A DNA stretch of 61,582 nt, from positions 8,001-69,582 of the forward strand of contig MQRK01238663.1 of assembly GCA_001938485.1 (NCBI GenBank), written 5' to 3'. Below, piece by piece: positions 1 through 12,400 of this stretch. Under the pieces are notes generated by a model that saw only the letters and a program-made list of their open reading frames with translations, did not search any database and was not told the origin of the DNA. The position numbers and the translations under genes are program-made. How positions within the stretch are numbered: the stretch's first letter is position 1; every line of letters starts with the position of its first letter. The stretch is from Girardia tigrina. Its lineage: Eukaryota.

Positions 1-1309
1 TTTATGTACGTGTTAATATATGTAAAATTTTAAATTGTAATAAATGTTATTTTTCTGTTGTATATTCATTTTTTGAAATTTATGTCATTTTGTTCTCAAA
101 TAGCTGCCGCACCCTGTATGTACCTAATGGCAATTGAACGGTAGTATCAGTAGATGAGACTGAAATTTTGCAATACCAGACGATGAATGAGGGAATCTGT
201 CTGACAGGAAGTCATTCTTTTTCTCTCCGAAAGCCTTGTGGAAGAAAATGAAATTGTAATCGATATCTGATAAGGGGGGCATGTACCAAAGGTTGGGTGG
301 TTTTTTCACAATGGATAATTGCAGTTATCACAATTACCCATTGTGATATTATCCATAAATTTGTTAAACGATTTTTCACTCACTTCCCATGATCCGAAAG
401 AACTGAAGGTTTTTCCTCATTATCTAATTCTGGTGACAATACATAAATCAATTAAAACAATTAATGAATAAAGGATTAATTTCTTTGTAAAATTTGTTTG
501 CAGAAATACGAATTTGCTTAAAGAATTTTTTTCGATTGTATGTATGATCGTACTTATTTTTAATATTTTCCGCTACAATCACTAAATATATGGCCAAACA
601 ATGCTGGTACAGTAAGGCATAATATATTAATTAATAATCTATGTACAAGAATACTCAAAGTATTTACTAAATCATTTATTGGGTAGACAAGAATTAGGAC
701 TCATCAGGACTGCGTTTAAAGTCAAGGACGTTTTGAAAGAGTTCAATGATAAAATTAAGTTAATTCTATTTGCCTTTGCTTCTGTAATAAAATTATGAAA
801 CATATATTATGTTATTTTTGTTTTTTTGTCACTGGACAAAGATTCCGTGATTTTCATGCTAAGTAATGTACATATTTGTTTATTAGATAAATGGATCAGT
901 CGTATAATGTCGATTGGATTTTAATAGCTCACTGAATTTCTCGTCATATATTAATGTCACGAATCAAATTGGTCATACAAAGCTTGATGGTAAGCAATAA
1001 ATAGACTAAACACTGAGTCGTTACGATTCCTCTCCCGTCATAAAACACCAAGCTTAACTCTTAGTTGATCGTCGTTACTTTCCAGTACCGCAGGACATTG
1101 GTGCTGCATTGCCCGTCTAAGGATTCGATTCATTGTTTCTATACTTTGCTATCTTTTTAAATGTTCATAATTGATATAAAAATAAAGTAATATATGGAAA
1201 AATTGAATCAAATCATTAAGTATAAAATATTCCTAAATCTAAAAAGACATTTTTTTATCAAATTATCTATTATATAATTCAGAGTATGAAACTTGATAGT
1301 TTTAGCTTT

Positions 1310-2906
1310 GTGAGGAATATTTTTGAATGGTGTTTATTGTGTGTTGTTTGGTATGTTGTTTTAGGATTGTGTTTCTCCCACCCAGATGGAAGATTGATAT
1401 CTTAAATATTTTAAAACGTCGAGTTGTTTAATCAATTATTAAAAGTTAAATAATCACTTTAAAATTAAACTAATATTTCATAAATAATATTTTAATAATA
1501 ATTTCTTAAAACAAATAAAAATTATTTTAAATTTCAATTATAAGTAATTTTTTAATAATTAAATTATAATTTAAAGTATAAATTATTTTAGTAATGATTA
1601 AATTGTATTTTAAATTTGTTTGAATAATAAGAAGTTAAAGAATATTATTAAAGATTATCAATCAAGAACGATGACGAGCTACGCAAGTTTTACGGAGAAT
1701 TGTTGCAGTGACAATTCAAATTGTGATAATAATAAATGTAAAGGAAACTCAATTAATGTTCTTAATAAAGGTATTCACCCCGAATTCATGTTTTTCCAAA
1801 AAGAATAATTAATAAAAACACCAGTTTATCTTAAGATCTGCTCACGCAAAGACGTATTATTTCAATTTGGAGTAGTAAAAATAAAATGGGAAATTTATAA
1901 TTATAAATTAAACATAAATGTTTTGAATAAAAAATATTTTAAAAGTTTATTAATTGCTATCAAAGCAAAAAACATTTTTTGACTCACTGGCACTTTTTTT
2001 AAAGCCAAAAAGAATCATATTCTTACATAATAATCGGAGGATGTTCTTAAAGAGTTACAGAAGAATAAAAACGAATTTTCAAACATTATCAATTTTTTTT
2101 GTAGAAAGTCTTTTAAAATGTTTTATAAATATAATATTGACATAACAAAGTTTTTTTATAGAGATGAGCGTTTTTGAATATTTTTACGACTCAATAACGA
2201 AAAGAATCAAGAAAGATGAACATGATCCTGAATCTCTTCGAACTAACTTGGAGGGTACACTTGAAAAAGCATTTTGAAAAGCAAAATATTTAGATAAGCA
2301 AATCATACATATTATCTACATTAAAAAATGCAATATCCTAGAACTGTTCTAGGAGAACACCGTCGCATTTGGTTCCGCAAGAAGGGAATAGTCTGAACTC
2401 TTGGGATAAAAGACAATCTTTTAGTATTGTTGCTCGATATAAATTTAAAATGTGGTTAGATTCTTCCTGGTCAAGAGGAAACTACCGTAAGCCTTATGAT
2501 ACTCGAAAACAATCTGATTTTCGATTTTCGGTTTAATAAAATGTTATTGTTGTAATACACATTTTACAAAGGGAATGAAGTAATATAGTTTTCTTCCTCA
2601 ATATTTGTCCAAATGTAACCATATTCAAGAGTATTTTCGTCCATTAAAATCGAAATATTCTTCATTTTCACCGGTCAATACGAATTTTGTTGAAATAATT
2701 CATAGGATATTTTATTCGATGGATAGTTTAGGAATATGAGAAGAATGTTAGAATTAGGAGCTTCAAGTTCCGTTTTATTTATATCAATAAGAAATATTAT
2801 TTTATTTTAAAGAATTTGTTTATTTTTTCTTTGATATAATTTTGTATATTTGAAAGATTTGTTATTTAAATGTAAAAACATTTCTATGTTCATTGGAAAC
2901 CCTGTA
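1310..2906 (+). mobile_element. Degenerate Tc1/IS630-like DNA transposon; its 5' part recurs at about 16400-18325 and 37040-38690 on the minus strand
   Basis: 1310-1770 matches the reverse complements of 38530-38690, 37040-37290 and 18200-18325. Decayed FLPQYLSKCNHIQEYF near 2590-2640 resembles the FLPPYSPxLNPIEE motif. Boundaries approximate. Confidence 0.55.
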
Positions 2907-3146
2907 AATCATAATTTATAATTAGATATTAGAACGTGTTCAAATTAAAATATTAAATTTATAAATTAGTATTTGTCAGGAAAATGTCGTTACAAAGATC
3001 TAACCTAAACTTTAACAAGAACTTAAACTTTAACTTTAAAATCACAATTAAATACAATTATATACATTATATTCACAGATTTTTTTAATTTCGGGATATT
3101 CTAATAGACTTTTTTGTCAATACTAAAAGCTTCAACTATTTTATAG

Positions 3147-3400
3147 GCTTGGCCAGAGGATGCGCTTGAACGTGTGGCTCTAAAAGCATTGGAAAGTGTA
3201 GATATGGAAGACAAAATGCGCGATGACACAGTTAAAATAGTAAAGTATTTCCATACAAGTGTCATTAATCTTTCCGAGGAATTTTACAAATCCCTCGGTC
3301 GAAAGAACTATGTCACACCGACTTCCTATTTAGAGTTGATTAACAGTTTCAGAAATTTATTAAATAGCAAGCAAGAAGACACAATGAGAGGTAAAAAGAG
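3147..3400 (+). CDS. DNAH12: Dynein heavy chain exon 1 in window ([11 protein letters not shown]...RGKKR)
   Basis: tag| acceptor at 3146, |gtaatt donor at 3401, ends in phase 2. Confidence 0.92.
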
Positions 3401-6400
3401 GTAATTTTTGTTTTTCTAAATGATTTAAGTTAATACAAATTTTACAAAGTCGAAGAAATTTATAATTAGAATCTTTTATAATTCCAAAAGTTGTGAGAGT
3501 TTTACGTTTAGTAAATATAGCTATTATTTATGTAAATTTTTAAGTCATAACCATAACCATTATCATAACCATAACCATTACCATAAAATACAAATTTATG
3601 TTGATTATTGTTCAGAGAGTTATTCAAATTGTTCTTTTTTGACATGGATCAAAACTTAAAAGTTACAAGAGAAATATTGCTGATAAGTTTCCAACTTCAG
3701 CTGTATATACTTTTGTGACTGTGTTGATCATAGATCTACATCAACGTCTGACATAATATGAATTTCGTTACTTAGCTACATATAAAAATAGTGAAGATCA
3801 AGAAAAGCCTAAATTTAAAAAGCATTTAACATAAAATATGGGTCTTTCCTGTTAAATGGGGATTGGTGAAGTTGACATGAGTTCTGCATAGACTTCGTTT
3901 GTGACAACAATTCTCCTACAGAATTTAGAGTAGCATTTTAAAAATTGTTCAAGTGAATTGGAAATCTTTTCTGACAATAGACTTCACGCCTTTTATCTCT
4001 CGGTCGATAAAATTTCTGTTTTTTTGAGTTAGAAAGATTAATCAAAAATTCTAGTTATCCACGGAACAGTCCCCCCCAAGAGTCTCGAATATCAGTCTAT
4101 CGCTGCCGCTTCTTCCCCCTTTCCCGTCAGACAACTACGTAGTATTAGTGAACCAAATATGTCACTACAAAATAAAGAAAAATGTTCTCATTCTCATCAA
4201 TCTTTATGAAGTCAACATATTCACTTGAATAAAAAACTCAGTAATAACATTAATATCACATAAGTCAACCGTCGGATTATCGATAGCCACAAGCGTACCT
4301 GACAGAGTCAGCCCACAAAACATGGTAATAGGTACGCAGCTCTCTGAAATGTTGCAGTTTGCCACTCAAGATTCGTCAAGGGGTTCAATAAGAAGTTCCA
4401 AAAATCCTATTTGACCCAAACACGCTCGCTGGGTAGCTTCGAAGCTGCTAGATGAGCTCAGTCGGTTAAATGTCAAGATATCATGTACCTTCGTTAACGG
4501 TCTGATTTTCGACTACTTTGATCATGACCGATTCCCATTTAAGCATTGTTTGCAATCACAAGTTATTGCTCTAATGAAAGCTTGCCATCTTTCTCGAGAA
4601 TTGGGAGAATATCAAAATATCGAAAGTGGTATTACCAGTTTTACAAAATTTTAGAGGGACCGATACTGGTAATACCGATATTGAAAATATCCGTTATTTT
4701 GCATTTTCTATTGCTTAACTTCTAATGAGTTATATCAAATACATAGTAAAAATATAGCAACATTTTTAAACCTTTGGAAATCGAGTAACAAATAAATGGC
4801 CATTTGAAATTATCATGCATCAATTGGGCAATTGGTATTGGGAATATTGACAATTAGCAGTAGGCCTCTACATCAGTCTTACGAGGCGAAAGGGTCACTA
4901 CATTATAGCTGTGTAATTAAATTAAAAATGCGAATATCCAACAATGAATTAGTTTAGTTTTTATGTTTTAAGTTGAGTGTTTCTTGTAAACAAATGATTT
5001 TTTATGCGAAAAGTTTTTCAAAAACAACGAAGATTCTTCAAAATAAAGAGTTCCTTATCCACAATCTTCTGTCAACGATCTGAAAGCTTTTGGATTTGGT
5101 CAAAAATTTGTTTGGCTTTGATTTCGAAAACTCTTGTTAGGCAAATGTTAACTTTATTGAATGACTCAAAAAATAAAGTATTACATTGACCAGGAAAAGA
5201 CCTTTATTAGAAGAAACAACGTCTATAAAAAAGACAACTTCTACGCAGTTCAAATCTTAAATCTTTTAGTCACTTTGTTTGACCATACCACATCCTTTAT
5301 AAAATTCATAAAAATATTATAATATTTATATACATTTGTGTCTCATGATACTCTAGAAATATAATACACTTTTTAAAATGTTAGAAATCTTTCTAAAACA
5401 ATAACTACAGGGAATATGCAAATATATTTATTATTTTCTACCTTTGATAAAACAGAAAATATTCGATTTTATTTATTTTATAAAGTTTTTTATTTATAAA
5501 ATGAAAATTATTCAAAAATATTTTTGTTTTCCTTTTACGATTTATCGTTATAAATGAATTCCCTTTATAAAAGATATTATTTCTACAATTGGAATTTTGT
5601 TCTTAAATTTTCACAAAGTTATCTAAAAAAATAAACAAAAATAAAATAAATCTTTCTTTCTTTAGGTACGTAAATGGTTTGGACAAATTGGCATTTGCAT
5701 CCGAACAAGTTTCCGACATGCAAATCAAACTTGAAGAATTACAACCTCAATTAGTCCAAGCTAAAAAGGCTAATGAATTATTATCATTGGACATTTCCAA
5801 AGAGTCAATTCTTGTAGAAGACCAACGATTAAAAGTTAAAGCAGAAGAAGAAATCGTCAACGAAAAAGCAGATGCATCAAAGGCACTGAGTGATGAGTGT
5901 AGAGCAGATCTAGCGGAAGCGATTCCAGCTCTGGAAGCCGCCCTTGCAGCGTTAGATACTTTAAGACCTGCAGATATTACAATAGTGAAAACAATGCAAA
6001 ATCCACCGGCAGGAGTTAAACTGGTTATGGAGGGTATTTGTATTATGAGAGAAATCAAACCGGAACGTGTCAATGATCCAAATAATCCGGGTAAAAAAAT
6101 TCTTGATTACTGGGGCCCATCGAAAAAACTTCTTGGTGATATGGCTTTCTTAACATATTTAAGAGAATATGATAAAGATAACATTGGTCTTGCAATTATG
6201 GCTAAAATTCGAAAGGATTTTATCCCTAACCCTGAATTTGATCCAGCTAAAATTTCGCGTGCCTCATCAGCAGCTGAAGGTCTTTGTAAATGGATTTTGG
6301 CAATGGAATCTTATGATCGTGTCGCTAAAGTGGTAGCACCGAAAAAAATTAAATTAGCTCAAGCTGAAGCCGATTTAAAAGAGAATATGGCAAAGTTGAA

Positions 6401-9400
6401 TGAAACGCAAAAGCAGTTACAATATGTCGAAGATAAATTAACGAATCTTAAACAAAAACTAAAGGATACTGAAGATGAGAAACTAAGATTGCAAGAAGAA
6501 GTTGAATTATGCGCCAAAAAATTAGAAAGAGCTAAGAAATTAATCGGAGGATTAGGTGGCGAAAAAGACAGATGGGCACAAGCAGCTGTTAATTTGCAGG
6601 CAATTTATGATAACTTGATTGGGGATGTTCTTCTCTCTGCAGGAGTAATTGCCTATCTGGGACCCTTCACATCTATCTACAGAGATAAATGCCTATCAGA
6701 TTGGTCAAAGTTGTGCAAGAATTACGCAATACCATGTTCTTTAAAGTTCTCTTTAACATCTTGTCTTGGAGAGCCTGTAAAAATTCAAGCATGGAATATA
6801 TTTGGTCTCCCAAGGGATTCTTTTTCCATTGATAACAGTGTTATAGTTGCTAATGCTCGAAGATGGTGAGTTAAAATAGTTTTTTGTTATCGATTTACTG
6901 CAACCATATAGGCCATTGATGATAGATCCACAGAATCAAGCAAACAAATGGATTAAAAATATGGAGAAAGAAAGAGGATTGAATGTAATCAAGTTAACTG
7001 ATTCTGATTTCATGAGAAATCTAGAAAATGCAATTCAATTTGGTTATCCTGTTCTACTGGAAAATGTCGGCGAAGAGTTGGATCCTTCTTTGGAACCCTT
7101 GTTACTAAAACAAGTCTTCAAGCAAAGTAAAACTAATACTTAAAATAATCATGAAGATTTTAAAAATTAAAAAAAATTATAGATGGAGTCGATATGATTC
7201 GATTGGGAGAAAGTATTATCGAATATTCAAAAGACTTTCGATTATACATCACTACCAAGTTACGAAATCCTCATTATTTGCCAGAAATCGCAGTCAAAGT
7301 ATCACTATTAAATTTTATGATCACAGTGGAAGGTCTAGAAGATCAATTACTCGGTATTGTGGTCGCGAAGGAAAAGTAGTTGAATATGCTCTGGAAATGG
7401 AATTAAAATTCTTTTATTAAAGACCGGAACTTGAAGATGCCCGTCAAGAATTGATTATTACCAGTGCCAACAATCGCCGAATGCTCAAAGAAACCGAAGA
7501 CAGAATATTAGCTACTTTATCGGAATCAGAAGGCAACATTCTCGAAAATGAGACTGCCATTCAGATTCTCGATAGCTCAAAAGCGATTTCAGATGACATC
7601 TTGAAAAAGCAAGAAGTAATCTTGTTTTACTCAATTTTAGACTGACAAAAATCGCGCCTACAGACAGCTGAAGAAACACAGAAGAAGATAGACGCGGCAA
7701 GGATGGATTACGCGCCAATCGCTAAACATTCGGCGATTCTCTTCTTCTCCATCACAGATTTGCCTAACATCGATCCCATGTATCAATACTCATTGTCGTG
7801 GTTTGTGAATCTCTATATTAACTCTATCCATGACAGGTACTGCTTTTTATGTTTTCGTTATTAAGATAATAATATTTATTAAATATTTTATTATATTATT
7901 ACTCACAGTAAGCAAATGAATGAGTTGAGTGTCATTCCATTTAAATCCAATTTTATTTTTATTATTTTAAGATTTTTTTCCTTTGCAAAAATTTTTTAAT
8001 GAAATAGAAAATTAGTTATCGATTTTGGATGTACTGTTTATATTTGGTTGTGATAAATGATGACCCGATAGAAGTTTATTATTCTTAGAACATCTCTTGG
8101 CAGGGTTCGCTGCTTCCCTTATTCTACATATTAGAAGCCGGTCAGAACTCAAAAAGTAGATTTCATAAAAAGCTCAGCTTGTTGGCCTCAAGTTACCATA
8201 CATTGCCAACTAACTTTTAGATATATTTATTAAGAATCTACCAAGTCAGCATCTAATTTAATGTGTTTTTACCTGCCGATTGTGAAATAAAGTGAGGTTT
8301 TGAAACAAATTCAATTCATTGCAAGATACAACCTACAAATATGAGAGCCCCATAAGATCGGAGATCGCTAAAATCATAAAAAATAGTCTTTAATAAATTC
8401 ACCTAGGACGAGAGTCCCCTTGATTTTCGAATGCAGGAAATGGCAGGATTGATCACAATAACATATTCATCAAAAAATACTCTGTCTCGTTTAATTGAGA
8501 GATGTGAACCCAAATGTGATTTATTAAAATATAAAAAAGCCGCTCTCTATTTCATCTTCATCATACATAGGGTGTTTATAAAGTCTTTTAACTTTTTGAA
8601 TACGAATATGGGCCTCCCATCTCTTTCAAGAATGGTATTGAGTCTATATGCTCTTTAGATGGTCCACCCAAACCAAATAAGTCTATAAGCTTCTCGATAG
8701 GCCTCCTACGGGGACGTCAGCCTTTCGCTTCGACGCACGCTTTGGCAATCCAGTCAGAAACGACCATTCATGGATAGTAGTCCCATGATTCTGCATCCCT
8801 TTGGCTGTGTACATGGACTTTACACATCCACGAAACGGGCATTTGAAGGTTCCTCTCACAGTTAGATCTGTAAGGCGGTAGTCCAGATGGGTTTCTAAAG
8901 GACTCGCTTCTGACTCTCCGTTTGAAGCAGCATTCAGATCGACGATTGGTACTTGAGTTGCGTTGTCTTCTGGTATCGCGTTCAGTGGTTGGATTCCCTT
9001 ATTCTGATTGTCTGGACTGATTGGTTCTGCTCGGAAAGATTTGGACTAATTGTTCTTCTTCAATTTTGTGCGTTGTTTTAAGATGTCTGATGAGCCATCT
9101 TTTGATCTTGTAGTTCTTTCGGCATAGATGACAACTGAATCCCTCCGGCTCTTCTTGAGGGACTCTTGGTCTATGATCTTGTTTCTCGTGTCGATTCAAT
9201 TCTGTCTGCTCCGCGAATTCCCTGAAACAAGATTCGTTTGAACATTGAAACAGTTTCATCCGCGGTCTGATTAGTTTTGGCATGTCTTCTGATCTCCGCC
9301 CAATTATTCGCCTCTCGCATATTATTGTGTCGATCCTATCTTTCTTCTTGATTTGAGCGCTTTCCTGGTGAATTAATTTTAAAAAATCATCATCAAAGGA

Positions 9401-12400
9401 GGCCGTTTCTCCAAAAATCCATTCCGTGTCGACTCTCAGGCATTCTTTGATTTTTTGCTTCTTTCTTCCTGAGATTTTCTTACCATCTGTCACTGCGGAT
9501 TAAATAACTCTTTTCAGGATCATCTGTCTATTGCCAGTAGCTAAGAGAGCATGGAACAGGAGCCGTCTCTTAGCTAGAATATCCATTGGGTGAGATAACC
9601 CAATTGTGATGGTATCCATTCTGATCTTCTGATCCTTCCTTATCCCTAACACTAGGCGATTACCATGATTGTGTATGCTCCGCAGCTTCTTTACCAGTGT
9701 GTCGGTGGTCCTCCAATTTTCACACCCATAGTATACAACTCTCAATCAATTTTCGCTTGCTTTGGATCGTTAGGTTTGGATACCTCAGGATAGGCATCAT
9801 AGTTCGTAGCTTGTCGTACCATTTCCTTATTCTCTCTCTGATATCTGCCTCACAAGATATTATTGAACCAAGGTGACTGAACTCGGTAACTCATTCGATT
9901 CCAGACATCATCTCGCAACCTGCCGTTTGTATGATCGAGTCACCATTTAGATTAATAATCTTGGTCTTTTCTATGTTGATCTTTAGACCCAGTTGCTGGA
10001 ACACCCCGTTTAGAATATGTAGATTTCTTTTTAACTCATTATAGTCTTTGTCAATGAGATAAAGGTCATCTACATACGCTAAATGATTGATCTTCAGTTC
10101 GGTTCCGTCCTCATTTCGTAATTGTACCCCTCCTGTCATCCCATTTACTTCTGCTAGTTTGAGTACTCTGTCAAACACAATATTAAACAATATCGGTCCC
10201 AGAACACAACCCTGTCTTACGCCTTTGAACATTGTGAACTCATGTTCACCAATATAGCCCTTGAATCCCTCGCGAAATTGAGTAATCATGTTGAGTGTTC
10301 TGCCATTTATCCCCAGTTTCTTTAGGCATATCCAAAGCACATTTCTTGGTACACTATTGAAAGCTTTCTCCAAGTCTATATTGCCGCAAGTAGAGGAAGT
10401 TGGAAGCGCAATTGCACAGCTAAAGAACGGAACAGCTGCAGGAATGAATGGAATAATTCCTGAATTATTCAAATGGAGAGGCCATAATCTTATTTTCAAA
10501 CTGACAAAAATAAATAATTATATTTACACATTTATATATACAATTGTATTATGTTAAAGGATCAAAATCAGTGGTTAGTAACCTTATTTTGTTTGCGTAC
10601 CCCTTGGTACTATATTTCTGTTAAATTCTAATTCTTCTATTAAATAACTGTTTATGATAAATATGTGAAGTTGATTTTATTTCAAACAACGGAAATTTTT
10701 CAAGTTTTCCTAATATAATTTATTGTATCTGATAAGAAGATTATATAAAAACAATACAAGTAAGGACTAAAAGAAAGAAAGAAAATCTAATCTTAAAAAA
10801 TGATCTTGGCCATCATAGTGTAGAAATGAAGCATGAGATTTTACTTGAGATTCTGTCGATTTTTAGTTTGGGATCTATGATCTAAACTAGTTCATTTATA
10901 TGAAACATTCAGAAAAATAATTTATTGTGTAAAAAATTGTATTATAACCATTCGAAAACTTATATTTATATTATTTTCACTTGTTATTTGTTAAACATAT
11001 ATTATAGTTACAACCAAATTGTATTCTCAAATTTCATTGACACTTTCCTTACAGCTCGTCGCTCTGGATCTATAAATTAATGATCATTCAGTACTCGTTT
11101 ACTTAAACATATTTTTCTTTGATTTTTCAAAATGCTAAAATCCAATTCATTTTTATTTAAGATTTCATTTGTATTAAATATTTTAAATTACAATTTTATA
11201 AATAATGAATTAAATAACAGTCGAGGCTAGGATAAACACCACTCTAAAATAATCATACAAAACGTTACAGGAAAATATTCCTCACATTCATCTTTATTAA
11301 ATTCTATCCAGAAATAAACGAATTAATTTGTTAATTATATTTTAAATATATGTAATTTTTAGACATACAGTCGACTCTCGCTAATCCGTGCATTATGGGA
11401 CCGAGAAAATGTGTTTCGACGAATTATCAAATTTTACCGGGTTAAAGAATGTTGAAAAATGTTTTTACAAATTAAAAAAAAATCAGAATGGCAAGATCTT
11501 TTATTAATAATAATTCGCCCGAAACACAATTTGTTCATTTCCATATAACACGGATTAGCGAGAGTCGACTGTAACTATAACTAGTAAATCAAAAAAATTT
11601 CATATCCATTCTTTATGTGGGCAGAACTTGGCCAACAGAAGTTTTTTGTTACCTTTTGTAGAAGGGAAAATTACTCTTACATTTTGTAATAAATTAATTA
11701 CGTTATTAGTAACTATTTAAATCTTTTATAGAAAGGAAAATTTCATACCACAATTTTTTTCAACTCAATTTTGCAATTAAATAGTTACTAATAACATAAT
11801 AAATTTATTATAAAGCATGGAAGGAATAAAAACTAAACATTTCTATATAAAGCAGTGTAAACATTTGTGGATAATCGTAAAACGTTTTTTGCAAAATGTT
11901 TTTTTTATTTTGATCAAATTTTCGCATTATCATTTATTGTCATCGAAAGTGATTAAATGTACAAAGTTTGGAGAAAATTGATTGTATAGAGAAAGTAAGC
12001 TAATAACGAATGGAAAAATAGAAGGTAATACTAACAAAAGAATATTTTATAACTGTTTTTTTTAAATAAAAATAATAAATAATTGTTGTTTTCTAATTTC
12101 CTACCGTTTTGCATTTGAGCTGGAAGCGCTAAGGTACCTTAGAATGTTTGAGTTACAAAAAATAAATGACATTACATAAATGGAAATATTTTCTTTTCTA
12201 ATAAATCAATTTCTAATCAGGATTGGAGATTTAGGCAAATTGCTTGGTCAGGCAAATTGATTACCTAAGACAGAGGGATTAAGGACCCTTAGTTGACTGA
12301 TTGAAAAGAAGTAATTAATGAAGAAATAGTTATTTTTACATGTTGTCTTACCCCCAAAAAAATCATGTAAAAATAAATAAAGGAAAATAAAAATAACACA

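Noticed and set aside
306-346. 16-bp-arm hairpin (and a 12-bp-arm hairpin at about 4628-4677)
   Set aside because: Probably internal palindromes of decayed repeats; nothing supports a function
5747-6073. Antisense ORFs over dynein exons and transposases (also 7512-7718, 21434-21784, 26584-26937, 27329-27593)
   Set aside because: Shadow frames of real coding sequence on the other strand
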